Shown here: positions 38,192 through 50,786 of the stretch, piece after piece
Numbering within the stretch: position 1 is the first letter of the stretch
How the letters are laid out: each line of letters opens with the position of its first letter
Origin: Styela clava
Taxonomy: Eukaryota
NCBI RefSeq assembly: GCF_964204865.1
Contig: NC_135253.1
Location: 20,832,001 to 20,896,000, forward strand
Direction: 5' to 3'
Length of the DNA stretch: 64,000 nt
The notes under the pieces: model-generated
What the model was told of the DNA's origin: nothing
Databases searched by the model: none
The model's input: only the letters and a program-made list of their open reading frames with translations
Position numbers and translations under genes: made by a program

Positions 38192-38403
38192 GGTACTCTC
38201 GTAGTGTGTGTACCAGGTTAGGGTTGGGCCATAATTTTATTCCGATTTTCCTTTTTTTAGTTCTAATATGAGTATGGGGACTGTCTGTGTTATCCAAGTA
38301 TACCCTCGGCACAAAGATATCAATCCCTTCACACAACTTGGTGTAGAGTAGGCGAATAAATTTAGTTTCCGCCATATTGGTACACACATCTTCTGAAGCG
38401 ACC
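38192..38403 (-). mobile_element. Family A element
   Basis: Reverse-complement copy. Confidence 0.85.
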
Positions 38404-39654
38404 TAAAAAGAATACTTAAATTTAGGAAAGGGGTGGATATATTTGCCACCTGAATAAATTTTTTCTAAAGTGGTTATTTGTATGCGTTGAATGCTGACAG
38501 CTATTTAGATTTTATAAATTATTTCAATTAATGTTGGTATTGGGCTTGCTTCTGGGGTTTACATAATTTTGCTGATTAGAACAAAGTTCGGTTTGGTGCA
38601 ACCAGTTTTGCGTCACAATCACACCTTAGAAAATGAACACCCATAAATAAAATAGGAGTTAGTCAATGATATCCTCAGCTTTCCCAATAATAAAACAATT
38701 TTGTTGTTCGTGTTCATTTACATGCTGTGGCTAATTATAGTACATCCCCTGATTCGAAGTTACATGCATTCAATGACCAGCACTTAATTGCGTTGTATTG
38801 CCTGGATTATTATTTCCTTATTACTTAGCACCATTGAAACTTTTTATTACTTTTTAGCCAAATTATTTCTCGCCTCATAAAAAAAAGAGCTTTTGCATTC
38901 AAGTTTGACTTGTTGTTGAAGGTCGCAAGTACATGAGTCAATAAGTAATAAAGGCTACTTACTTACAGTGCAAGTTTTAGTGAAGATGGAAAATTAAACC
39001 AAACACGCACTCACTTTAAACCAGGGCTTTCCAAGCTGTCAGGATCACGACCCCTTCCAATATATTAAAATTTTTTGTGCGACTCCCTGTTCCGAAAAGC
39101 GCGCCCCTTCTTTGGTCTTACGATTAAAGTCGGCATTGTTGTGCAAGCGCGCCGATTCTCTGGTCCTATTATTTTTTTAAAAAATCGTGAAATTTATGTT
39201 ATGCACTAATTTTAATAATTGTGTTTCGAATCAAACGTCCAAAAATATACAATGTGTGAAATTGGTGTACTCTTTGCGACTCTTAAAATTCGTTGACCCC
39301 AAATGCTGGGACGCGACTCCTATTCTAAACCAGTTTTCTCCAAAACAGACATTTTAAAATCATCCCAGTTGAACAATAACGGGTATTTGTCACAATCTGA
39401 GTATGGTTCCAAGAGAAATGGTATGTCCACAGGACTACTAAAAATCTAAAACTACAAAACAGGAATTCTGCATGCAAAAAAAGGTCAACAAGAAATCGGC
39501 GTAGCGGTCCATTCTGTTTTTTTTATTACACTCTCCTTTATGTGTTGTTTATATTTATAGGCTTATAGAGAATAGTCATTTGACATTTAGTCCTATTTGG
39601 GGTACGTTGAATCAAGTTTTGCCAATTTTCTCACTACTGCACGATTTAACAGGC

Positions 39655-40123
39655 AATTAACTTCCAATGGCGGAAGTATTTGCTTCTTGCGGTCACCACT
39701 TACACGCTTTTTATGCCGAGGCTTGCGTCATTTGCGCGCCACTTTCCCAGCATTATGTTTATTCAATAACATTGGCCACGTTTGGTCATAAATAACTTTG
39801 TATATAGAACCTGGCCAAGTATTCAAACACAAGGAGTAATGCAGTTTGCTTTGTAACGTGGTATTGGGCTATATATAAAATTTAAAAATTAAATTGTGAA
39901 GTAATGAGTGCGTGGGATCGGAAGTGGATTCGGCGAAGCAGGGCTTAACAACGTGAGAATGAACTGTGCTTCGTACAGACTCAAGGGTTCATTAACTTAG
40001 GGTTTATCGAATGACGTTGTTGATTGTTGTTGTCAAATTTACAGAATCCAAGTATGAAACTATCAGTTGGGATTACGCAAGACTAACTAACTACCTTTCT
40101 TTGCTCTATGCCTTTGGGTAAGT
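39655..40123. promoter_or_regulatory. Candidate promoter/enhancer (motif-dense, CpG-rich)
   Basis: CCAAT-ATGGCGG-CGGAAGT overlap at 39664-39677, TGCGTCA, TTTGCGCGCC, a TATA-like run at about 39871, a second CGGAAGT at about 39919, and gtaagt donors on both strands (minus about 39702, plus 40118). Confidence 0.3.
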
Positions 40124-40314
40124 GGGCTCGTATGCGTTTAACGTAAGGATGCTCTGCCAAAGATGATTATACTATTTGATTTAGGAGTCTTGCTGCACAC
40201 AATCAAATAATTTAAATATGTATTTGTCTTTAAGAGACCTCTAACTTCATTTGTTTTTAAAATGCGGCAACAAAATTGAATACATACTTGTTGGGCAACG
40301 AGTATTGTCTAGTC

Positions 40315-40621
40315 CCGACACGGGCTAAATACGGCGCGTTGGGTAATTCAATTGGCGAAAAAATCGCTACAACTGATGCTACTACAACCAAACTAAAACC
40401 AATTTTTGATGTTTCAGATAAAAAAAAAAATAGCTCAAGGAACTTGTTGAGATTGCGATTAAATTTAGTTTTGGCTTGTTGTTTTCCACTTTTGCTTTTG
40501 TAACACTGTAAATATTGTTCATAAAATGTGACCTTCCACGTCACACTTACATTGTTCATGGCCTGCCGGTCTAGGTGGGCAAAAAATTTGGCATCTGATT
40601 CAAAAACCTTGCCCACCCCGG
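40315..40621 (+). mobile_element. hAT-type MITE, family D
   Basis: Colinear; TSD gtctagtc / gtatagtt (6/8). Confidence 0.82.
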
Positions 40622-41788
40622 GTATAGTTTATCAAACCGATGATATGGTATGATTATCTGTCCAACCTCTATGCATTTATGTGGTCGCCCGTAATTTTCT
40701 CAGAGATGAATTGCCTGAACTTTTGAATAAGTGCTCCGAGAGATCTTGGTTGAAGTTAACCTTTACAAAACAAATTTAGTTGTCCCTAAATATATGGCAC
40801 GAGAAAAGTCCAACTAAACTAAAAACTGTTGATGATTTTGCAATCATTCATTTGCAATCAAGATCACCTTGCAATTTAAATCGATATCGATGAAAATAAA
40901 AAAGATTATTATAGACTTCATACAATGCTAAAATCACGAAAAAAACATTAAAAAAGATAAAACATTAGGGGGACATTTCTAATTAGCTATAAAAAATATT
41001 TAATCAAAAGTGAAGGAGTTTTGTGTCTATAACATTAAACAATAACGACACGAGCATGAATAATTTTGGATGAAGATCCGTGAGTTCAAGTGTTATTCAA
41101 AAGGCTACTAGAATTGATTAAATTAAATTATTAAATTTAGAGTTTTTCTTATTTTGCATATTATTTACTCTGTGAAGGTAGGATACTGATAATAATTTTA
41201 GAGTGATGGATTATGCAGAATTACAGGACGCTTAATATTAATGCGAACTGTTGCGAAGGGAATGTACAAAGATTAGTTTTAGTTCAGCTTGGATATCAAG
41301 GGATTACTATAAATGGGTGGAAGAGGTAATTCGAGATTGCCTGAATGTACACAGACATTATTGATCGCGCCAAAGTGAGTTGCCTCAATGATTGTGAATC
41401 ATTTAATTCATCTGTGAGGGCCAAAACAATGAATGGTATCGATGAATTCCCTTTGCAATTTAAAATTTTTATAGGACTTTATGAACACCCTCTATCTATT
41501 GCATTGGAAATAGGTATTTCCCGTATTGCATACTTTTGCTTTCATTTACTTTGGGATAATTCCCCCCAGATCACATATCAGGATAAATATTGGTGTAGAG
41601 AGGTCGTGTTGCAAATTATTTCACTTATAAACCTGTATCTGCTTGGTACCTGTTATTTTTTAAAGCCGTGCGTTCACGCATATAATAGCAATATAATCAC
41701 ATCTGCCATTCACAATGTTTGTGTCTTCTTCAAAAATATTAGGGCTCTGTGTATCAGTTTTTGCCCACACAAAGACTAGCTCGACTGT

Positions 41789-42080
41789 AGTAGTTCTCAA
41801 GCGGCGGGGTGCACCTCACAAGGGGTCGTAGACAATTTTTGAGGAGACTTGAAGCTATTAAAAAATAAAAATATATGTTATATTTGATCTTGCCCGCCTC
41901 TATTTTAGATATTTAAATTTTTTTTATTCTGTACATGTATTTCCAACGTGTTTTTTTAATAAAACATAGTTTCGCCTTGCTATCTTTGATTTGTAGCTTA
42001 TTGTAAGCTAGTTATTTTTGAGGTGGGGCGCGAGACTTGGCAAATTATGAAAATGGGGCCTAAAAAGTTTGAGAAGCTTT
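41789..42080 (+). mobile_element. hAT-type MITE, family E
   Basis: Colinear with 55634-55917. Confidence 0.7.
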
Positions 42081-42664
42081 CAAGTTCGAACTGCATAAAA
42101 AAATACAAATATCTCATACTACCCACCTAATTCGTGTTAATCGAATAAACCAAGCGAGATAGATGAAAATGCGCGCTTATTTGCCTTGTAGAACGATTTT
42201 TTAAGATATTGTCAGATATCAATGACTATATTTATCTGGCTTCGTTTGGAACAAAAGGCACAAGTGAGCGTCGTATGAAGGTATTATACTACAAAAAATC
42301 GGCTGTCTGCGTTTTTGTATACGCCGTAAAGTGGGTGTCTAGCTCTGTGTAAATATGTAAATATATTTTTTATTGTTGTACTTTGATCTTCAGTCGACTG
42401 TTTACTTTGATTTGCTATTATTTCCGTTCTCCCGGATTCACATATTTACTTAAATCTTGTCCAATCTGACCAAGGGATCATTGTGTTCAAACAATTGGTT
42501 TCGTCGCACAGGAGATTAGTATTTTATAGCTTCACCAATATATACATAAAATTTTTAGCCGACGTTTGTCGCAAAAATCTTTAAAATAGGGCCCTTTGGG
42601 AATTGGTAGATTCATCGTAATTTCGTTGTATTGTACGATAAATATTGAATAACGTAAATTGGTT

Positions 42665-42901
42665 GGTACTCCCGTAGTTTGTGCAACAAGATGGCGGACA
42701 CCGGGACGTAGTATGTGTATCAGGTTAGGATTAGGCTATAAATCCAGGTATAAATACTACGGAAGTGCACTTGGCTAGTCCCTGAACTCATAGTGGAACT
42801 AAAATAAGAAAAATTGAAATAAAATTATGACCTAACCCTAACCTGGTACACATACTATGTTCAGGTGTTCGCCATCTTGGTGCACATACTACGGGAGAGC
42901 C
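42665..42901. mobile_element. Family B MITE (long form)
   Basis: ggtactcccgtag...ctacgggagagcc; TSD aaattggtt / aaattgttt (8/9). Confidence 0.85.
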
Positions 42902-45511
42902 AAATTGTTTAGTTCATATCATAATTTTAAATCTGAGCCTAGTGAAGATGAACCACTGACATGTCGTAGGTTTAGCCACAATCAAGTGCTGACTAAGTCA
43001 ACAATCTTCTATATCACTTACATGTCAAATTCTATAAAAAAAACATCCAGTTGATGAAAGGAAAAGTCACGAAGATGTCAGCCATAATACCTGTTATTGA
43101 ATAGATTGAATATATTCAATTTTAGTTTGAATAAAAAATTCCTTGAAATTTTGACGACATTGAAAAGCGGTCGCGATAGATATTACACTGAGCGACGCAA
43201 GATGATTGAATATTGTGATGATTGTAATTTAATCATTATAAAATTGAGTCTTACAAAAATAGACCTTCCGACGTCAAACACATTTATGTGGTCTGGCCAC
43301 AAAATTAAAAGAATTATGACGAATATAATCGCAAAGCTATTTTGCGGTTTCTTCCAAGAATTTCTGAAGCTCAATTACGTCAACTTCGACATTACAACTT
43401 TGAAAATATTTTGCATTTTATATATCAAAAAATGTTTTTAAATAAGTTACGCATAAAAGGCTATGTAGAAATGTGCATTATATTTCAAATAAAATAAAAA
43501 GACGGAAAACTTTTTTCGCATCATATTATCAACCTGGGAAGGAGTAAATTTTTAAATCCTAATTTTACTAAATATTCAGAATTTGACTTCCCTTTTTGGA
43601 CTTCGGATATGCAATTCGCATATGGAACGACCGACGCAAACAATGTATATACATCGTACAGTATCCTGGATTTAAGTTTCTGGCTGATAAATTTTCTTGT
43701 AATATGCAAGATTATTTTGACCACAGACATGACCTGATTGTCACGACTATTTTTATACTAAACATAAATTATTCTCAGCATTATCCGAGTAAATGAATTG
43801 TAATGAGCTTATGTAAAACTGAATTTGTGCACCATAAATATCATTTTTTGGCTGCATATTTTGACTGGTATTGTGAAATAGGTATTTTAATCCAGTCACA
43901 TAAAAACAAAAACCTCTATATATATGCTAAAAATACACATCTAACCCCGAAAACAAATTTTGATTTAAACATCATCTTATCGTAGTTACCATCAAGGGTA
44001 ATTTCCTCTCGACAGACAAGGTGCCATATTATTAAGGGGTTAAGCAAACACATTAAATCAAATTTGACACCTGATAAGAAACGTCCATCAAAAACAACGT
44101 TCAATTATTTCCTATCGGCCTATTAAATAAAATAGATGAAATTTAATAAGAAATATCAAGCAAACGCAACAAAATGTATTATCCCAAATTAAGTCAAATT
44201 TGAAATTATTTTGCATTATATTTGAAGTATATTTATTCCCAATTTTAACACAAAATGCTACTTTGCAATATGCTCTATATTTTATATTTTAAATATGCCG
44301 AGAAAATCCAGCCGCAATGAATATGTTTTTAATATTAATTTACTGAGTACACATCATTTGACCTTTACTTTATCTTTCTTGAAGATATAACGAACATTGC
44401 GAACGTATATATATATATATATATGTTGTATTACTGATACAATATCTTGGATTAACTTGGTGGTGTTCTGATTGAATGGTTAATATGTTATACTGAGCGC
44501 ATACTCGTGTTTTGCAGTGTAGTTATTTGTAGAATGTGTGAGCATCCCGGTATGTATCAAATATGGGATGAAAACTATAGATCAAACAACAAACCAGCCA
44601 AGCCATTTAGTGTGGTTCTTGTCAACACTCAGATCATTCTTTATCAGGTATAAAGAACTAATCCGAGACTCCACTATATATTGTTTTTTTGATCTTTTCG
44701 CTGCGTTAAATCTTTCGCCGTTTTGTCTGGCGTTCTTATGACTGAGGGATAGCGCATTCTCTCCTTTTATGTGGCCCAGCTAGACTTCTAAAGCTGGTGT
44801 TAGATGGCTCACCGACAAAAATGTTGCACACTCCTGCTGTAGACGGACTTTTCGGTTCTGTATTACTCTTCATACTTATTGTATTTGTTGTAAGGGTTGG
44901 GCTTAATTAGAGCCAAATCCTCTAAAAAATAAACTTCTAAGATTTGTATTTGGACGATGTATAGTGTATACTATATATCGCAAAGATGTTGTTGTTTGAA
45001 ACAATGTCTCAACTATATGCGTGTGAGTACAAATCGCGGCGACAAATATTCGGATATTAGATAAAGTAACTTTTTACCTGTATCTTCCAGCTTACATAGA
45101 GTTTACGTGTCTTCAGAACATCAGGGACAGTGTCATGGACTTCTCGCCCACAACACAAAACCTTTATCCGTTCACAATTTTTGGTTATGTGCCTTTTTCT
45201 ATCCTTCCATGTAGCCCCGTCCACTCCCACTTTTCATACAGAATGTTACAAAAGTTCTGGCCCACCTTCGTGATGACAAGGGGATATTTATTGTTTGTGG
45301 ATGCATTTAGTTATTAAAACTCATAATGCTGGTAACTATAAACAGTAGATGAGTGTTACTGGATACGGATGACTTATAGGTTCAAGAGCGTTTATGCTAA
45401 ACGCATATTTTCATAATATTCATCAAACTTAGAAACTTTTAGAGTCGGAATACAGCCAACTGGAGATTTTAAGAATTTTCGTGGAAATGGTCGAGATGGA
45501 GTAGAAATTTG

Positions 45512-45722
45512 GGTACTCCTGAAGTATGCTTACCAAGATGGCGGACACCGGATGGAGTATGTGTACCAGGTTGAGGTTAAGTCATAATATTATTCTAAAT
45601 TTTCCTTATTGTAATTCCATTACGAGTTCGGGGACTATCCAAGTGACTCCCGTAGTATTTGTACCTTTAATTGTGGCCTATCCATAAACTGATACACATA
45701 CTACGTTCCGATGTTCTCGCCG
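45512..45722. mobile_element. Family B MITE (long form, one end truncated)
   Basis: Colinear with 60107-60331. Confidence 0.8.
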
Positions 45723-48700
45723 ACTTAATTAACTCAGCATCTAAGCATCTGTCGATCTCAAATCAAATTAAAACATGAGTTCACGTGATATGTTCAATAA
45801 ATCAAGTCACACATGCAGCAACAATGAAAACTAAAGGTATCTGTTTTGGAGTTTAGTTTGTACGTGTGTGGGTGAAACACCGTAAAACAAATACAAAATA
45901 AAAATAGTTGTTTTTTGACCTATTTCAGTAATATATTTCTCTAATGTTTGACATCGGTAAGCGTTATCTTTGTATCACCTTTGACAAGGACTAAACTTTT
46001 ATGGGTTTGCTAAAATCAAGATCCCAAATCTTTAACCAAAGGCGAAATAGATAGAAGAGTTGAAATCGAAAACTAATGCGTTATTCTGAGTGTAGAAGAT
46101 TGTGGCATTCTAGTAACTTCCGATTGGACATCATTTCCCTTGCCTCTGAGTGAGGGCACATAGCCTTACTTTAAAAAAAAACTTTTATATTAGGGCAGGA
46201 TAGTTTGTACACGTAATTAGATGTCAGCAGATTGCGTTTAACACATTAATTCTTAACTTTTTCTCTTCCGTGGCCATTTTTTGTTGCATAAAAATTTGTT
46301 GACCTAATTTAAGATTTCCATGCGAGAGAAAAAATAAGAAACACTTTTTGAAAAATAGAAAATTTTGCATTAATGAGTTGAATGAAAATTATCACTCAGT
46401 GGAGAAAAGTCGGCATCATCATTCATTGTGCTACTGCAAATTTAACTATAGTAACACAAATAAACTAAATTTATCACTAACTCTAGTAATTTTTAATATG
46501 TTTGTGGCCCCATCAAAAAGTTTCTGTTTCCCAACACTGGGCCATGGCCCACTGGCTGAGAAGCCCATGTTTTAGCACAAGATGTACTGATCCAAATTTA
46601 TACAAAACATGCGCTGTTCAAGAAACAATCGACCCGTAGCACCAGAAGTGTTTATTGCTGTAATAAACTCTGATATATGCACGTAGGATATATAATTAAA
46701 ATTTTATTCAATGCTCTCATGTACAAGCTTACAGCTTATAAGGTGAAAATGTTAATGTTTTCTCATAGACGCGAAACCTTGCACGACAAAACAAATAAGT
46801 TGTAAAAAGTTAATGAATATTCAAAATTTTAATGTCAGTGAACTCAAAAACTATTTAGGTAAATTATTTGTTTGAAATTGAAGTTATCGCCCCTTTTCCT
46901 TCATTTATGGAATTGAAAATACAAAATGAATTTTAGTACTAAATCTTGTCCACCACTCAAGTCAGTGTGTAATGAATAAGGTATTAGCTAGATCGTAAGA
47001 ATTATTTGGGTCTTTTGGAAAATATATTAGCTCCACATTTGTCAACGGGTGTTTGACCTCGTTTCGAAAGTTCAGATCGTTGAATCGCGGAAATGAATCT
47101 CATAAATATACCGTAATGTCTGAATAAGTTAAATATAGGCAATTTCATATGTTTACGGTAAAATGGTATTTTTCAGTTCACTGATAGAATGAGGGAAGTA
47201 AGTACTATTTCACATAGAATAACCAGATATACAAGCTTCAATTGAAATAGAAATTTAAATTCCACTCTCAATAAGGCAGAAACAAAACGCTCAGATGTTG
47301 ATTACGCAAAATAGCATGTTTTGCTACGTAAATTCTTCAGATTCACTCTGATTTTCTACATTTAAAGATTATTTTGTTATACTAATAATAGTGTCATTGG
47401 TACCATATTCTTCTGCGTGGATAAGGTATAATACCAATCTAATTTTTCAAAACAATTCAAAATGTCGCACTCCCACTGCACACCCTAATCACCTAATGAT
47501 GTAGAGTCGGATCCTCCACAAACTATTTACTTTAAACATCCAAGGCATTCAATTTAATTATATGTTTGTAAATAGGATTTTATAATAGGTGGTTTCGACT
47601 GACAGTTTAATAAGACTACCCGTTTGAAATAACGGTAGGAACAATCAAAGGTTTATACGTGCTTGATCATTATTCTAATTTCTTAGTGTAAGACTGGATG
47701 GAGACTGGAGGCTGGCCTTCGGAACATTACGTAGGTTTACAGTGATACCAATACCAATAATAGTATCCTTGCATATTCTTCTGCGAAGTTAATGTACATT
47801 TCCAAATCCCTTTTTCCGAAACATTTCTAAATGTCGCACTCCCACTACACACCATAATTACTCAATGATGTAGAGTCGGATCCTTCATCGATCATTCACA
47901 TTAACCATCCAATGTACTTCATTTATTTAATTACATGTTTGTAAATATTCTATAATAGGTGGTTTTGATCGACAGTTTAACAGTTTAACAGTTTAAGACT
48001 TCCGTTTGAAATGAAGGTGGAAACAATCAAAGGTAGTTTGTTCATGCCAGCTGTAGCTGATGATCGCAATTTTCTACATTGCTAAAGTGTAATACTCTAT
48101 ACATCATTCATTCTCCAGGCATCACTAACAATCTTTGCCAGCAAACATAGTACCTGATTTAAAAATCGAATCGACTATTTCATTTATTTGACTTTGCAAG
48201 CCTATACTGTATATTTTGTGCTTGCATTTTGGGGTTCGAAGAGGGTGTATATATTTTAGGGGTTAATTAGCTCTTTGCGACAGGCTATTGATAAGACATT
48301 TTTGCATGTTACAGAATTTAATATATATATTTACTCATATATTGAACACATGAGAATAACGACATTTGAATATATATATACACGGGGCCCAAATGCAATA
48401 TAAAGGGTTATACAAAACGTTGCCATGAATTTGAAATTTTACGTGATATATTTTGAGTGAAACTGAAGAAAGTTTAAAAAAGTTAACAGAAGGAATAGCC
48501 GTCTAGCGACTTTGAGCATTGTAATTCGGAAATCTATTGGTCCATTAGTTCTGGAGAAAATTGATGTTTTGGAAACAACGACAATTTAAAAGAAACTACC
48601 CATAGGTCCATTTCGTATCCATTAGCATAAATTGTGCGTGCTGAATCAATCGAGTGGGAATACATTTCAACCAAACAGGAATTCAAACGTAAAGCACGTT

Positions 48701-48742
48701 CATTGACGATATCGAAGATGAAACCAATTCATTACAATGGAA

Positions 48743-48978
48743 AGTACTCCCGAAGTATGTGAACCAAGGATGGCGGACACCGGAACGTAGTATGAGTACC
48801 AGGTTAGGGTTAAGCCCTAATTTCAGATACAAATACTACTGGAGTCAATTGGCCAGTCCCCAAACCGTAATAGAACTAAAATAGGGAAGTGGGATTAAAA
48901 TTATGGCCTAACCCTAATCTAGTACACATACTATGTTCCGGTGTCCGCCATTCTTGGTTCACATACTACGGGAGCGTC
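48743..48978. mobile_element. Family B MITE (long form)
   Basis: About 70-bp TIRs; TSD caatggaa / caatgaag; empty paralogous site caatgaaa at 51737. Confidence 0.88.
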
Positions 48979-49090
48979 CAATGAAGTATATTTACGCTTT
49001 ATATGGAATATGATGTTGAGAGTGTTAACAAATACTGTAATATCAATAACCTTGCTTTGAGCTGATAAAATTATATTGTTGGCTACATAG

Positions 49091-49368
49091 CAGTGGTTCC
49101 CAACTGGAGGTGGTAACCATGCCAGGCGCATATCTGATTTTCCTTTTCCTTTCACTAGAAAGTTTTCCATTCTTTCCAGTTTCATTGCTTGACAAGGTTA
49201 TTTCACAGTGTATTTTCCCTTTGTTGACTATGATGTTTAAACATAATGGGATTTATAATCTACCCATCAAAGTATCACTATGAATACCACTGGAATGATA
49301 AACAGCGGGCCATAAGTGCTAAAAGCCCCCGAAAGGGGCCACAAGATATAAAAGGTTGGAAACCACTA
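49091..49368. mobile_element. hAT-type MITE
   Basis: cagtggttcccaac / gttggaaaccacta; TSD ctacatag / atatatag (6/8). Confidence 0.75.
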
Positions 49369-50619
49369 ATATATAGTTTGTACTCCTAATTAGATGTCAG
49401 CAGATTGCGTTTAACACAAAATGTACTGATCCATATTTATACAAAACATGCGCTCTCGAAGAAACAATCGACCCGTAGCACCAGAAGTGTTTATTGTTGT
49501 AATAAACGCTGATATTGTTCACGTAGACTATATAATTAGAATTTTATTCAATGCTATCAAGTGCAAGCTTACTTCTTATAACGTGCAAATGTTAATGCTT
49601 TCCCATTGACGCGAAACCCCGAGCAACAAAACAAAACAACTTATAAAAAGTTAATGAATATTCGGAATTTAAAATGTCGGGGTGAACTCAAATGTATTTG
49701 AACAAATTATTTGTTTGAATTTCAAGTCATCGTCCCTTTTGCTTTCATTTACGGAATTGAAATACAAAATAACTTCTGCTACTAAATCTTGTCCACTAGT
49801 CAAGTATTTGTGTAGTGGATAAGGTAGGCAATATCGTTTAAGAATTATTTGGATCTTTGGGAAAAATATATTAGCTCCACATAGCTCTAACTTTGTTTCG
49901 GAAGTTTGGATCGATGAATCTTGGTAATGAATCTCATGAATAATGTTTGAATATGTTACATATAAGCAATTTCATATGTTTTCCGGGCTAATATTATTTA
50001 TCAGTATGCATATAGAATAAAGCAATTAAGTGCTAATATACATAGAATAACCAGATATACGAGATTTAATTAAAGCTGAAATGTAAAATTCTACTCCTAA
50101 AAAGGCTGAAACAAAAATATCAGTTGAATGCTGATTGCGCCAAATAGCATGCTTTCGCTATGTAACTTCTTCTGACTCATTCTGAGTTTATACACTGAAG
50201 GAGTACTTTGTAATACTAATATCAATAATAGAGTTTTTGGCACCACAGTCTTCTGTAGATATAAAGTACACTTTCAATCTAATTACCAAAGTAATTTAAA
50301 TGCCGCACTCCCTCCCACGACACACCCTAATTACTTAATGATGTAGAGTCGGATCCTTCACAAACTATTTACATCAACCCATCCAAGGTATTTAATTAAT
50401 TACATGTTTGTAAATAGAATTTCATAATAGGGGGTTTAGATTGACTGATCAAGAAAACTTCCGTTTGAAATAAAGGTATAGAAAGAATAAAAGGGGGGTA
50501 TACGTGGTCGCTCGTTAATTCAATTTACCTGCATGGTGTAGGATTGAGTATAACTTTAAGTTCGTATTCAGAGCATCAAGTAAGTTTCATCCCAGTTACC
50601 TGTTCAGGATTCAATAGGT

Positions 50620-50786
50620 TTCGTGCCAAAACTAAATTTAATCGCAATTTCAACAAATTCCTTGAATAATTTTTTGGCTAAAACATCGCAATTTGGTTTT
50701 AGTTTGGCTGTGGCAGCTTTAGGCGGTGGAATTGATTTCCTCAACGGGCTCGGTTTGGCCCGCGGGCCGTAGTTTGCTCATGTCAG
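50620..50786 (-). mobile_element. hAT-type MITE, family D, partial
   Basis: Reverse complement of the left half of family D. Confidence 0.75.

Noticed and set aside
41345-41779. 144-aa ORF, and other long track ORFs (14077, 23640, 26276, 35286, 40257, 43097, 60972)
   Set aside because: No recognisable domain, no supporting splice context, and AT-driven composition; several overlap MITEs or lie antisense to a real exon or UTR.
45077-45290. GC-richer stretch ending in a minus-strand donor (CAG|gtaaaa)
   Set aside because: All frames have stops within the stretch and no partner exon was found; it cannot be supported as coding.
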